From contig JALDZX010000002.1 of NCBI GenBank assembly GCA_022813865.1, positions 1 through 64,000 of the forward strand: DNA of 64,000 nucleotides, in the 5' to 3' direction. The DNA is from Xylographa opegraphella. Taxonomy: Eukaryota. The position numbers were made by a program, and so were the translations under genes. Positions 50,731 through 64,000 of the stretch are shown here, one piece after another. Numbering within the stretch: the stretch's first letter is position 1; every line of letters starts with the position of its first letter. The notes under the pieces are model-generated. The model did not search any database. It saw only the letters and a program-made list of their open reading frames with translations, and was not told the DNA's origin.

Positions 50731-51330
50731 CAGAGGAATTGTAGGGCTTACATGGAACGCTCAAGCCAAGGTTATGGTGATGGCTCACATCCAGTACCTA
50801 TGCCACGCGTGCACTCACGAGCGGAATGCGCTTGGTCCGTGCACATGTGTTCATTCCAGAACATTACATATTTCTTGGACCGAGGCGGGAAAGAGTGAAA
50901 CTGTGATGGTAATCTACCTACTCCCTCATCCACAACCAGGGGACGACATGGGTCACTTTATTCAAACTACTGTAGAGAACAGATACTCTACGGCTAAGTT
51001 GGGGATCTACAGTGTTGAGCTTCCAGTAGTTATATCATTGTTCCATACTTCCTCATTATAGCTAAATCAAAGATGATTCAATTGTTACGAGCTGAGCAAT
51101 ATGACTTGCCCGTCAGAGTCTGAAATGCTTGAACATTGTTTGATTTGAGAGTCTCATAGCGACTAGCACATTTTGTAGTAGCCTAAGAAGTCTGACACGA
51201 TACCGTCGGTGCTCAGACACGGCTTCTCAATCAACAAATGATATGTTCCAGCATTGCAGCCACTGATAGCCCGTCATGCAACATATATTGCAGCTCAGGC
51301 AGCACAGATGCAGACCCTTCGAGCACTACC

Positions 51331-51800
51331 TTAGTGCGCCGAGCGAGTTCCCATCGAATCATTCTTCGGTCCCTGTCGTTCACCGCCCTGGGAGAGTTCC
51401 GTATATCAGCAAATGTGGTGGGAGCAAGGTAAGTCACAACTCACTTCCGTGTCCTGGACGTTACCGCCCTCCAGGATCTTGATCATACACTCATCCTCGT
51501 TGTGCGTCCCGAACTCGTTCTCAAGGGTAGACTTGCTGGCTGCATCGCCGACACTCTGCGCTCCATGTCTGGAGACAAACACGATGTCAGTCTGGGGCTT
51601 GTGGTACGTGTGTATTCGATGCATGGGTTGTCTCACTTGTGCGTCACGAAGATCTTGAAGCCGCTCACGACCTGCGCGAGAGGGATCGAGCGATCTTTCT
51701 TCCAGTCCTGGACGGCTTTGGATCCGTCCACGTAGATCACGAAGTCCTCGTCCTTGCCCTGGTAGTGGACCTTGGTCTGCGGGGCATTTCCGCGCGGCAT
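51331..51800 (-). CDS. RTC3: SBDS N-terminal-domain protein (Rtc3/YHR087W family), 3 exons
   Basis: MPRGNAPQTKVHYQGKDEDFVIYVD..WKKDRSIPLAQVVSGFKIFVTHK|HGAQ..ASKSTLENEFGT...|GGERQGPKNDSMG. Confidence 0.88.
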
Positions 51801-52305
51801 GTTCAGTATCGAGAGTTGCGGTGTAGCGATTGGATAGTTGAAAGTTGGCTATTGATAAATGTTTCTTGGCCTTATTGAGGTAAAGTAGCGGCAAGAAAAA
51901 AGGTTTGCTCGACAGGATACAGTATGTACTTGTAGGCTTGGAACGTGGGAACGTGACAGCTCTCTCAAAGCAGTAAGACCACCTCTACGTCATCAGAACA
52001 GGGGCTGTTTCGGAATCTCGCCTAAGGCAGCATAAGCTGTGGAAGCTCCTTTGTGTAGCTGTTAAACATCTGATTCACGAGGGAGATGATAAACATTGAA
52101 GCGTGGAATTTGGAATTGTCGGCTTGAATGTATACTTGTATTCAACGGCTAATTATCTACAGGATGAACGTGCAAACTACCATTCAGTAGTCGTGATGGC
52201 CCTTTCCCCCCTCTCCTTCCCCCAATGATCCAAAGAACCTGAAAATGAAAAAAACCTGATACTGCCTCAGCGACAATTATTGATGCTCCATTCTCATCAG
52301 TCACC

Positions 52306-55300
52306 TTAACTAAACATGTTCTTCATCTTCTCTGTCGAGAGGGTTCTGATCAGACTGATGGGACTGCTCCATCTATTCCTCAACGTTTTCTCTCCGGTAC
52401 CAAACCGACCCATTGTGAAACGGTCACGGTCTTCTCCTTCCGAGCTCAATTTTGCTTCCTTTGAGCCCTTTGACGATCGTGCTCTATTCCGTGAGCTCGT
52501 CCTCTCTGGCGGGATCACTTGTCGAAGGCTGCCTCGTCCTATGCTGTCGATCCTATCGACCATGCGATTGCTCTCAGATTGTGAATCTCTAGCTTCTGCA
52601 CGAAGAATCGCACCAGTCACACTGTCGTAGACTTCGTCCTCGAACTCTTGAGTAGACTCCTGCAGACCTCCAAACTTGATGGTCGTAAGGCTCCCTAGAC
52701 TTGCTGAACGTTTGGTGAACCCACTGGCGAGGCTTGCTCTACTAAGCTTCCTCATCATTGAGCTTGCTGAAGTACGGAAGAGATGCTCTCCTCGATTGCC
52801 GCCCATTCCAGGATACGGAAGGAGCTCTTTGGTCCACACTTTAGCAAGATCGTGTTCCATGCGCATTCTCTCGAGGCGTTTCGGCGCAAGCACAGGAATA
52901 CGATTGGTAGAAAGTAGAGATTGTGATCGGCTCACTGCCAGGTTTCCAACCGTGGAGGAGTCGATGCTATCTTTCAACGCATGTGTATTCTTAATGAAGA
53001 CCTGACTAACATTATTTCGGGGTCCCATGGTCTGAGCCCTTTGAATCGAAATACGCCTGGCCAGTGTTCCAGGTTGCCCAAGAATGCTTCCAATAGATTT
53101 GAGCTCAAGACTGAGCAGAGAGAATTGAGCATGAGAAATAGGAGGTCTGTCAAAAGACTCCTGGAATTCTCTGGCCGAAAGTCGGACAAGCTCACTTTTC
53201 CAGCGCTGCTCTTCACTAGGAGAGCAGGCGCTAAATATGATTTCGAATAGTTGTTGTTCCGACTCAAAGACGACTTTCCAAGAGTAGAGTGCTGTATGGC
53301 ACTGTAGGCCTGTTCGACATTAGTGAAGGGTATTTCTAGTTGTTAGTAAGTATACCTTTTCCATTGTCCATCGCTTCAATATGAAGATCGGCCAGGCTAA
53401 TACTCGCTAAAATTATGTAGTTCTGACCGTTCTCCATAGGAGCCCCGAGTATTAGACATGAACTGAACAGCGTACACAGCATATATTGGCCAGCGACACC
53501 TTGCTTTGGTTGGTATGCGACATGAAGAACACCGCAAAGAATGGCATGACCCAAAGATCGCAAAGTGAATGGAGCTACAATCTGAGGAAGATGTATCAGC
53601 ATATACACGAGTCCCTGCACTCAATCGAAATCAGAACGAACAGGATTGGGAAATAACAGTAGATCCTGCAAATGCCACGATCTTTGAATCCTCTCCCGTG
53701 CATACTCATCGTTCGTGGCCTTGTTAATTTCCATGGCGGTTTCGCGAAGACGAAAGAGAACTTTCTCAATCTCTGCGTGAGATTCTGGACAATCTATAAC
53801 AGGCAGATGCTTGAACAAGTCGGCGAAAAGAAGTGGATATTTGCAGACGCGCTGAATTGGCTAGCATAATATCAGCCTCGCTTTCCAAATTGAGGATAGT
53901 CTATGATGAGTACCTTTATCAAAAGATCTCCAAATGTAAGACCTTTACGATTACATCCTTCACGAACATTGACGGGAGCCAGTGTATTTGCTAAAGCCTC
54001 GATACCTCGCTCATAGGCATGCCAATTGGGTATGTTCTGGGAAGTCAATGTCATGTCGCAAAGCATGGTCTCGTACCTAGCTCCATACTCCTCGTAGACG
54101 AAGAATTGGCTCATCTGAAAAATGAGTCGAGATTAGTAGTGCTACTTCCGAGAATCAGACGCCGAAGCACGACTTACAAGTTCTCCAAAAATCATAGCAG
54201 CATTAGCAGCCTCCTTCGGGTCAGATACAAGGCGTGCTTCTTGTGAAGATCTATGTTTCGAAACGTCCAAAGACCGTCTAACATCGAACGTAGATGTTTT
54301 GGTAGGCGTCAAAGCTGGTGTATTGACACTATGCCGACGAGTATGCCTTGCTATGACGTTATTCATGACCCTATTCGTGGTAGAGACCTGAATGGTGTTC
54401 CGCAAACGAGATAGTAGATCTTCATGAAGAACAAGTATTTCTGTAATATTCTCGTGTATGTGGGTCAGTTTCTGGTGAGACGGTGCTGTCGAGGTCGCCA
54501 GAAGTGTGAAATAGACCTAGCTCTGTGGTTAGTGTAGTACCGCAATGGAGGTGCAGCTCGTGCAGTTCGTGCAGTAGACTCACATTGACTAAGACCTTCA
54601 GATCTGCCACATAACCCTCTTCAGACTCAACAAGCTCCTCTAAAATTTTGCGCCTCTTATGAGCTCGTAGTTGAGCGGCTTCGTCGATTACAGTACTGGA
54701 AGCTGAGCTCTCTTCCATGGAAGGACGATTAAAACTACGAGAGAAGCGGCTGCTGCGGTTGCTACTCCTCAAGAGATTCGACCGATGAGCCTTCCGGGAC
54801 TGGGGAGCTACGCTGATAGTCGCAAGACTCATACTGGCAGATTTGACCGCAGTGACGAAGCCGCTTGATGCCCAGGAGGAAGACTTCTTATGCCGTCGGC
54901 TGGTGGGACTCTGAAGAAGCACTGTGTCGCTTGGAAGTAACTCATCGAAGTCGTCAAGAGACCAGCGATGCTCACGCGAGCGGAGCGTTTGCTGTCGATT
55001 AAGACTCTTGCGATGCAGCGTACTCATCCATCTGCGAAATGGATGTGATTTGATTTCACCAATGCTTTTGATACTAACCTGCCGCTTCGGACGCAGGTCA
55101 ACAAGGAGGTTCTCTTTACTGTTTATGAACGAGAGCCTCGGAGCGACTGTGTGGTTCTGAATGGCATGAGAGTTATCGTTCTTGAGAGCTATCGGTTTGG
55201 AGTTTTCCGTGTCAGGGTTGACGTCCTCAAGAGTTTCTGCAGCAATCCCGTTGTTTGACGATTGCCCTGGGATTGGGGCCAGGGGAATATCTGTACCCCA

Positions 55301-55609
55301 ACTTGATTTGTGAGAGACCCTACCATTAGGCTTCCGATTACCCGTTGAAATTGAGCAATCTTCATGGAGATCAAGAGTTGACAGGGAAGTTGTTCGAGAA
55401 GGGACAGCATTTTCATTCCTAACCCGCAACGGCTGAACGATGACCGAGCCGGAAGACCCCAGAGAGCTAGCGGAAATAGTACGGTGGTAGCTGGGATTCG
55501 CGAGCAAAGTCCTTGGGGTAGCGTTCTCTTGGTCAGAGACGGGGACGTCGTTCCAGCTCGAGAATGGCGTGTGAGGTTGGAGAAGACTATAAGACGTGAT
55601 AGTAGCCAT
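52306..55609 (-). CDS. Dbl-homology Rho guanine nucleotide exchange factor, 6 exons
   Basis: KRRKILEELVESEEGYVADLKVL, LTFGDLLIK|PIQRVCKYPLLF, and a PH-like region (LCGVLHVAY, GLQCHTA..SWK). Confidence 0.9.
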
Positions 55610-56306
55610 AACAATACTTGGAGACGGAAATCGAGTTCAAAGACAGTGTGAACGGGGCACCACCGAGTCACTCAAGCAAAAAGTGGTCCAGCCCAAGACA
55701 CAAAAGACCACGCCAGAATGCATGCAGTTGAAGTTGCTAAGGAGATGCAATGAGTTTCCAAAAGTGCTGCAAGTTGATTCGTAAGTCTGTGCCTCAGAGT
55801 AAGAAATGAAACAAGTCAGGTAGAAGCCATAGCTGGCATGTAGATTGGCACTATGAGATTGGAAGGTACTACCCTCCATACTCAGTCGTAGGGAGCAGCA
55901 GCGGTCGAGGTCACTGTCGTTCAATATCGTGAAAGATTCATGGTTCGAATCATCAGCCATTGTGTCATGTGGATCGTCTGCTAAAGCTTGACCCAAGACA
56001 TGCATGCCAAAAATCACAACCGCCGAGAAACTTGAGTTGTTTTTTTGAGGAGTTGAGATACCATAGCCTTAGGTTATGGAGTAGCCTAGTCTAGTCCAAC
56101 TTGGGATAGGGCTGGAATAGGATACGCGACTTATGGATTACGTAAGGTATGTACAGGGACGCGCTTTGCACTTTGTGCCAGGACTAGGGTAAGGTCTGTC
56201 ACCGTCACAGATACTTTGTACATACCAAGGTACCTATGCAAGGGACAATACTTTGGCGAGTTTAGCATGCTGATCCCGAGCGTTCTGTGAGAGCACTACG
56301 AAGTTG

Positions 56307-57774
56307 ATGTCATTCCTCAGGAGGACGAGTTCCTCATGCTACATCCACAGAGGCTGGAGTTGCGCTGCAAGTATTACGGGTAGAAGGTACAAATCAAATG
56401 GAGCAAGTGGTGACGAAGTAGTAAGCCCCCGGGCTGGTGATTTCGGGCGCGCTATCGAGGATGATTATGCTGCAATTCGTGAACGTTATAGTACAGCTCC
56501 TATTCCGATGTTACCAATATGTAACGCCGATGCTGAATGCTATAGAAACCCCTAAATACCCGATTGTTTTGGCGCACGGCTTGATGGGGTTTGATGAGTT
56601 ACGGCTGGCGGGAAAATACTTGCCTGGAATCCAGTACTGGCGTGGTATCACCGAAGCACTTAGAGCAAATGGTATTGAAGTCATTACTGCACATGTACCC
56701 GCAGCTGGATCTCTCGAAATCAGAGCTGCACAGCTGAGCGAGAACATCCTAGAGAAGGCCGGCGGTAAGAGCGTGAATATTGTTGCGTAAGTGGTTGTGA
56801 TAGTTACTGTCAGCCAGGGATAGCTCTATTGATACACAGTAGGCATAGTATGGTTAGTGCATCTGAGGTATCCGACCCATTTTTATGCTTATTGTCTTTA
56901 GGGGTACGATACCAGCATATCTTCACGACTAGAGACGTACTGTATCTAACATGAATAGCGGACTCGATTCAAGATATATGCTCAGCCAGATGAAGCCACC
57001 GAACGTCAAGGTGCTGTCGTTAACGACGATAGCAACTCCTCATCGAGGTTTGCGTTCCATGCGCGGCGATCAAGATTCAATCTCTCTGACCAGACCTAGG
57101 CTCCTCATTTGCTGACTACATGTTCGAACGTCTTGGCCGTGCGTGAAATTTCGCCGGCAAAGAAGGAATTATGCTAAATCCTCCTGGCAGCATCGCGTCT
57201 TCCAGGGATATACAGAGCACTAAAAGCTGTTGGTATTGAGACCGGAGCTTTTAGCCAGTTGACACGGCGCTACATGCAGGAGGACTTCAACCCACGAACT
57301 CCTGATCGCGACGATGTGAGGTATGAACGGAAGTTTTCAACGCGGATCATGGGCGGCCGCTGATCAGCGTTCAAGGTACTTCTCGTACGGGGCAACAGTC
57401 GAGCCTGCACTCTGGTCCGCGTTTCGACAATCCCACCGAATCATAATGAGAGAAGAAGGACCTAATGATGGGTTGGTAAGCGTGACTAGCAGCCGATGGG
57501 GCGGTGAATCCGGCTACAAAGGGACTCTCGTTGGTGTTAGTCATCTAGACATGATCAATTGGACAAATCGGTTGCGATGGCTTGTGTGGGAATTGACGGG
57601 CCATAAACGGAAGTAAGTCTAACTGGACTTGATACAAAGATGATCATCTGATACTTTCAACAGCTTCAACGCCATAGCGTTTTATCTCGGCGTCGCAGGT
57701 GAGTAATTTTGGCTGCGTTGATTGGCCCTGACATTAAACCATTTCCAGACATGCTCGCTGAAGAAGGATACTAA
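56307..57774 (+). CDS. Tgl2-like triacylglycerol lipase with a basic mitochondrial-type presequence, many short exons
   Basis: PIVLAHGLMGF, QYWRGI, VNIVA|HSM|G|GLDSRY, LTTIATPHRG|S, NDGLVSV.S..WG, and SHLDMINW. Confidence 0.9.
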
Positions 57775-58396
57775 ACACAGAGACGAAGGAATGATCAACA
57801 TAAGTTCCCGCTGGCGTAATTTGCGCCGCATCTTGAGGCAGGGGTATAGTCCTACACAGCTAACAAGTTGAGGATGTGGTGCAACAGCTGGAGTGCCGCA
57901 TTAGGTACAACGTCGGAGTTGTGGCTCAAGCCTGCATTTCCGAAACTGAAGCAATAATATATGCAATAAGCAGTAAACACTGCTCCTTCATGGACTGATA
58001 ATGAGCGGCCGACCAATGGTGGGGTCAGTGGATATAATTGGTGTTCCACTACGCTGTAGATACGCGGGACGGCTGATGTAGCGTACGATAAAACTGCCTT
58101 CCAGTCCTGCCTAAGTACATAGACACAGAAAAAGCTTTTTGTGATTGGAGCACCTGGGCTGTATCTTACTTGTGTTTCGATCGGATTTATCGTGGTTGAA
58201 GTTGCGATTCGTTGCTCGTAAGCTCGTACATCGGAATGAAGCGGGACTGACCCGGAATATGCCTCGCCGGCCCGGATCCCTGCTACAGCATTTGTCTTGC
58301 CCATTTTGATAAGTATGGGCTTGAACCTATGGAGGCCTGCTTCAGAAACACAAATCTCGTGATGCTTCCATTGTTCGTACACACGAGTTGATTGCC

Positions 58397-60137
58397 ATGG
58401 CTGTTCACATCCAGCTCGACAGGCCATACGCTTATTTTACCAATCTCGACGTTATTACCGGCAGAGTGATCCTGAGCATTTTCAGCGAAGAGACTATCTC
58501 TGCTATTAATGTGAAGCTGGAATGTGAGAGTAGGACTCGCCTGGCGATGCCGCCTCGGGGAGATCCTCGTCGAGGTTCTGGTTATCGTGGTGGTGACAGG
58601 GCTCAAACCGAATTAGAGGTGCACAAGGTGAGTAAGTACTGTAGAAAATCTAAATTATTCGAGATCATTGAATTGACGGTCCCCATAGCTGCTATACAAG
58701 GTCCAGACGGTGTTTCCATCGGCAGAGTTACTACAACAACAGGCTGGTGAGAAGTCAAGCTTTACTCTGCGTCCTGGATCACACGAGTATCCTTTCCAAT
58801 TCAAGGTACAGTCGCATTGACTGGAAAATTCCCGGTGGCACTGTACTAATTCAGGCATACAGATCCCATTCAACAATTCCTGCTCGTCGACGAACTCTAT
58901 GCTCACGAATCTCCACGTTTCGGGAGTACGTATGGAAATGGCTAGAGATACCAATCGACATGTGAAGAAGCCTTTACCCCCAACCTTGTCTGGCTTTCCC
59001 GGGGAGGCGGAGATACAGTACTTCTTGAAAGCTACAGTGCAACGTCCAGCTTTCTATAAGGAGAACTTTAGAGCTGTTTGTAAAAATTGGGGATAACATT
59101 GTCGGACAGTGCTGATCGATAGCGAAGAGATCGGCCCTGAATTTCCTCCCGATAGAACCGCCTCGGGTGCCTCCGAATCAGCGGGAATCATACGCTCGAC
59201 GAAGTTATCAATTCGCTCCTTTCGTGCCACTGCCGCAAAAGCAGAGTATACTTCGCAAGCAATCTACCGGATCTATTTCGGGGACCATTCCACCTAAACT
59301 CAGTATCGATGGTCGCCTTCCGGATCCTGCAGTCATAACATTGAATGAGCCTCTTCCGCTTCGTTTGATTGTGAAGAAGCTAAACGACACAACCGAGACC
59401 ATATTTCTTAAGCTCTTGCAAGTCGAGCTCATTGGCTACACCCTAATTCGAGCCCATGAGCTACAAAGGAAGGAAGCATCATCATGGGTTATCGTCAGTC
59501 TTGCTAATCTAACTATACCTCTGGGTAATTCAAATACCCCTATCAACAAAGATATGGAGATTGACAAGAATCTATGGAATACTATTCCTATACCAAACAG
59601 CGTTCCGCCAACGTTCGATACTTGCAATATAACAAGGTCATATGAGCTTGAGATCAGGGTCGGTCTTTCGTATGGCTCTCCGGGCAACCTGAAAGTGCGT
59701 CATAAACCTTAAATGGAATCATTGTGCTGCGTAATGCTGATCACAAACAGCCCGAATTGACAGTTCAATCGCTTCGAATGCCCGCTCAAGTCTATTCGGG
59801 TATGACACCTCCACCGGCTCTTCTCGCCGAACTCGCGAAGCGAGCTGGTCTGTCGACTGCGACGTCTGGACCACAACAGGGCGCTGCGACTCAGACCAGA
59901 CCATCCCCTGTATCTCCATCCTTCCAACCGACCCCCTTCTCGCCCAGTAGTAACGATTTTGCCCCTCCGTCAAGTGATATGCCTGAAGACGCACCTCCAA
60001 GTTACGAAGACGCCATGGCGGAGGAATTGGCGCCTGTCGACGGCCCAAGAAGGGACTACCAACAACCTCCGACTGCACCGCTTGTGGGCGACACAAAGAG
60101 GGCCGGACTCTTTAATAATGAGCGGCTGTTTCCTTGA
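58397..60137 (+). CDS. Alpha-arrestin-like protein with a PY motif, 5 exons
   Basis: FTNLDVITGRV, E.HK|LLY, GSHEYPFQFK|IPF, LPPTL, I.YFLKATVQRP, PPTFDTCNITRSYELEI, and PPSYEDA. Confidence 0.9.
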
Positions 60138-62580
60138 TACTGGAAAGTTACCTCTGCTTGTTGGGAAGCGTTTTAGCGGGCGTTATCGAATTTGGAAGCA
60201 AGGCTCAGCAGCCTGTCACGATATCTCATGACCAGCCACAGACTCCGAACTATTTTGCAGCGAATTATATTCTGTATGAAATTAAAGTGGTGTGAACTGT
60301 TTACATCAGGGGCTAAGTGAGACTTGTGTCGTCTATCTCTAGGTCAGCCAAATCCTTCACACTTGCGCAGTTGTTGGTATCACATTTATTTAGATGATCA
60401 AGGATTGTACCAGCGCAACACCTTGATGTCTCACTATCGAGAGCATGCCACTGGCATGGTCGCAAAGTCATCCGACTTACTCTAATAATGGTATACTGCT
60501 GCGAATCAGCTACTGCCAAGACAGTTATTGACATCTCGTGAGTATAAGCAGTGTGTTCAGTTCACTACAGCTTCGGATTCTTTACCAAGGTAATGCACGA
60601 TGAGGAGGCTTTGTAGGATTTGCGACAGTCGTGTACAGATTATAGAACTCATCCATGATCTTCACCTCAGAATGTCTTGCTGAGCATGTTTATTGATGAC
60701 GCGGTACTGTAGTTGCCCGTCCACCTCAATTATAGCGACCTCATTCTATGGAATTCTTGATTTCACCGCGCCGAGTTCAGCCACTAGAAAGGAGAGATGC
60801 GTTTGTGACCTCTTTCAAGATTCCGAGATCTGGCTTGACGGTGCTATCATAATATTTGGGCGACTGTATACTATGCCCATAATAGCTTCTACCATAGTGT
60901 GATGCTTCTGTTCCAAAGCGAAGCATTATACCTTATTTCCCATGTTTCAATCTCATACAGCTTTCCACCACTTGTTGTGGCATACAACGAGTCATTTCTT
61001 CTCTGATAGGTTCGGATCAAGAGCAAATCTCGAAAAAAAGTGACCATATGAACTCAGCGTACCTCCGGCAATACGGTAAAAGCTGTTGAGAAAACCCCAT
61101 GACAGACGAGCCTATAACGTCGCCTGAATATCGACGAAGCCGCCCTCACATCTTTGATTGTCGGTCGCTTTGCAACGGCAGGTACCCTGGCTAAAACAGC
61201 AGGACCGTTCTTGTTTGTACCTTGGGGTTCCTACATTGCAATTGTCCCATCCTGTCAAGTCCCGCGGCCTCCGTTGACGACCGATGGTCTCATGCGAGCA
61301 CCTGGACGACCCACAAACAAGTGGCAATCCTCTTGGCCATAGAGCACGTAACGAGAAGGACGCATGTCATTGTTTCAGGAAAGAGCGATTTTCGACGTCT
61401 AACCAATCTTCGATCTTGAGAAACTGGAGACGGGGATAGGAGCGCACGGCGGGCTTTCTTCATTTGCGGAGTACAAGGCGCCTCTGTGTACAGACTACCG
61501 AGACTACCTACCTCATCGATAGGTACGGAGTACCTACTTAATTAATGTTTGACGTGCATGCGGTGTGACAGAAGAATAAGGTAGGGATAGCGCAGCGCTT
61601 CGGTGCAGTAGTCTGCCACGGCTAGATTACCTTACCTTATTCTACAATAACAAGGCCGGCCACAGCTAATAACGTCGGCGACCACAATTCTCGCAAAACA
61701 GCCAATACAAGACGGAGCCCACCCAGCCGTGCCAATGCCTAAACCACTTCCTATCCCCTCAAACACAGTACTCCGTAACTTAATTACCGTAGCCACCTCC
61801 CCGACCACCCCCAAACCAAAAACCCACACCACATCATGCGTAAAATACAATATCCCCGTCCCCCCCCACCCCTACCTCATTGCTCCGTCTGCACGTCACA
61901 CCTGTCTTATCAACCTCCCCCGCCACTCACGCCGCACACTACCTACCTACCTTAGACTTCCCCAGCGTCCAGCGCATCAACCACCTCGGCGAAGTCGAGG
62001 GCAGCCCGCCCCACCACACACCTCCCCCCCGGGGTCCCATCCCTCCCTTTTGCAGGAAAATGCTACGCCGCTGCCACACAGGCTAGCGTCGCTGCGAGGC
62101 ACAGTTCGCTGCTGCAGAGGGAGACCGGTTAATGGGCGCGGTGCCGGCCGGACGGACGGACGGGGGGTCTGGGGGTGGTGCAGGAGACGCGTATGTGTGG
62201 GCGAGATGGGGGATGAAGATGGGATATTTTCCGGGGGGGGGGTGTTTTAGGAAAGTCGGACGTTGGGGTGGTTTGGTGAACGGAGGTTTTTGATGGTTTG
62301 GGTGATGGGTTGGGGGGACCTCGAAGGGGTTTTACCGGGTTACCTTTACGTTCTACGTATCGCTTCCCGTGGGCGGCTCTGGATGCTTGGTATCGGGCGA
62401 TTCATGCTCGATCAAGGTTGCTCGTGGGGATCTTTGTCGGGTGGGCAAAGGGGCCGTGTTTATGTACTCCGTAGCTAGATTATGTACAATATGTATATGG
62501 ATATTTGAAAAAATGAAGGACCCTTCCTTGCGCTCTGAAAACAACAAGTGCAATATGTCTTGATGAAGTAAATAGCTTCG

Positions 62581-63947
62581 TTATACCCAGCACTCCTCCG
62601 CCGCGGCATGCACCTTCCATTCTCGAGTATACGTGATCCCGCTGGCCCCCCTCGTCGCTTCTGGTGGCACCACTGGACCGTCTACGCCTACTGCATAGTA
62701 GTTGGGCGTTGACGGGAGGGGTTTCTTGCTGCTGACGTACACCTCTTGGAGGGGATATCTATCGTCGTCCAAGCGCTGGAATTGCTTCTTATCGCCAATG
62801 GTTGAGGACGGAGAGGCTTTGCTGGATAGGGGGGAGCGCATCGATGGTCTTGACCGGTTTCCAGAGCTGTTCTTGGTCGTGAGTCTCTTGGCCCAGGCAA
62901 GAGAGGGAAAGTACTTGTTCAGCACTGGGCGAATCGTGGGGAAGCAGGAGTTGACGATGGCGATGGTCGGTTCGAGGATACTCCACTGAGCTATGATTGC
63001 ACCGCTGATTGTGGGATCGGTGTCTGCGAGATTGGTGTTCTGGATTCTAATAATGCGTAAAAGGGTCACAACGCATGTACTAAAGAGGTTGATGATGTGA
63101 GAAATGGTCTTCCGTAATGATCCTGCATTTTCGAGACTTACAACGCTCCAAGGCTGAACATGATTACTAGTCCAACCTTTTTCCAGATGGGTAGTTGTAG
63201 TCTCCACAGCAGTGGAAGCGGCAGTACCACTATTATAGCATCGATAATCAAGTTGGCTGCTCCGATCATAAGTAGGGCCAACGTCTGGTTCCCGCAAGTC
63301 CCCTCAATCATTTTATTCCAGTTGTAGACGAAGGGCATGCAAAGTAAGAAAGTCTCAAGCAGTATGCTGATGAAGTAGAGGGTGGACACCGCCATCATTG
63401 TGTAGCATATCTTCCGGAATGTCGGACTGGGAAAAATTGTGACATATAGATGGAGTATTGATATCTTCACCAAAGTATTGGCTGCACCCCAAACGGGCGT
63501 CTCGATCACAAAGGTCTATTTCGGTTAGTGTTCATGATATGTAGAGACACAAAGTACTCGGTTACCATGAAGATCCTGCCTTGGTCCTGCGGCGGAACAT
63601 TTTCGAAGGCTTGACCTTCTCCAGCCCATGCAACCGCTAAATGAATGTAAGGTAAGCAGCCGTTCATGTGCATATAATCCATGGACTGACATAAGATAAT
63701 GATGCCAACCAAGCCGGTCGTAAAGAGCTTCGAGGCGACATGTTAGACACATTTTCCCTGTAAGCATATATCAAGAGCATACCAACGCAGCAAGAATCGC
63801 AAAATCGTTGAGTACGAGTGCGGTTCCCTGTATTCGCCGTGACCATATTCGCAAGACGACGGCAATAACGGCCAATGATTCAAAAACCACTGAAATAACA
63901 ATGACACTGATTCCCAACTGCGAATTCCACAGCGCAGGATAATCCAT
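62581..63947 (-). CDS. PTH11/SAT4-like fungal rhodopsin-domain integral membrane protein, 5 exons
   Basis: AVVLRIWSR..L.LNDFAI, KISILHLY..IF, C.PF...WN...GTC, NLIIDAIIVVLPLP.LWRLQL...KK, and WS.LEP..AI...CFP..RP. Confidence 0.9.
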
Positions 63948-64000
63948 CTTGTGAGACTATGAAGCGGAAGGAATAGACATCGCGAGTGGGAAAGCTAGAG

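Noticed and set aside
57852..58606. Minus-strand ORFs of 191 and 107 aa
   Set aside because: They overlap the arrestin promoter and first exon antisense and have no motifs.
60140..62580. Telomerase RNA or other large ncRNA in the long gaps (also 35120-37680)
   Set aside because: I found no TAACCCTAA-type template or snRNA, tRNA or 5S signature by eye. An Infernal search would be needed to exclude divergent RNAs.

Overview
Gene-dense, intron-rich eukaryotic DNA from a filamentous ascomycete (Pezizomycotina-type short GT-AG introns with RCTRAY branch sites; exact lineage not determinable). The left edge holds the 5' LTR and primer-binding site of a minus-strand Ty1/copia retrotransposon in AT-rich, RIP-like sequence. 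The rest is about 23 mostly housekeeping genes, which I spliced by hand: DNA polymerase eta, a secreted carboxylesterase, a Ppn2-like metallophosphoesterase, an Uls1/Rrp2-like SNF2-RING ATPase, the Nik1/Os-1 histidine kinase, a coilin-like protein, RPA43, a membrane DnaJ, EFM3, RPS24, a Zn2Cys6 factor, PPIL4, UAP1/QRI1, a CNBP/Gis2-like protein, DMC1, a Tfb6-like protein, RTC3, a RhoGEF, a Tgl2-like lipase, an arrestin and a PTH11/SAT4-like membrane protein. I found no tRNA, rRNA, CRISPR or biosynthetic cluster, and no clearly new multi-gene system. The best leads are: a 2-nt microexon in the lipase catalytic motif, a 16-intron DMC1 with GC donor and GAG acceptor, a possible autoregulatory uORF exon in the CNBP-like 5' UTR, a divergent coilin Tudor-like domain, and recurring C-rich to G-rich skew-switch islands. 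All family calls come from motif recognition by eye, not database searches.
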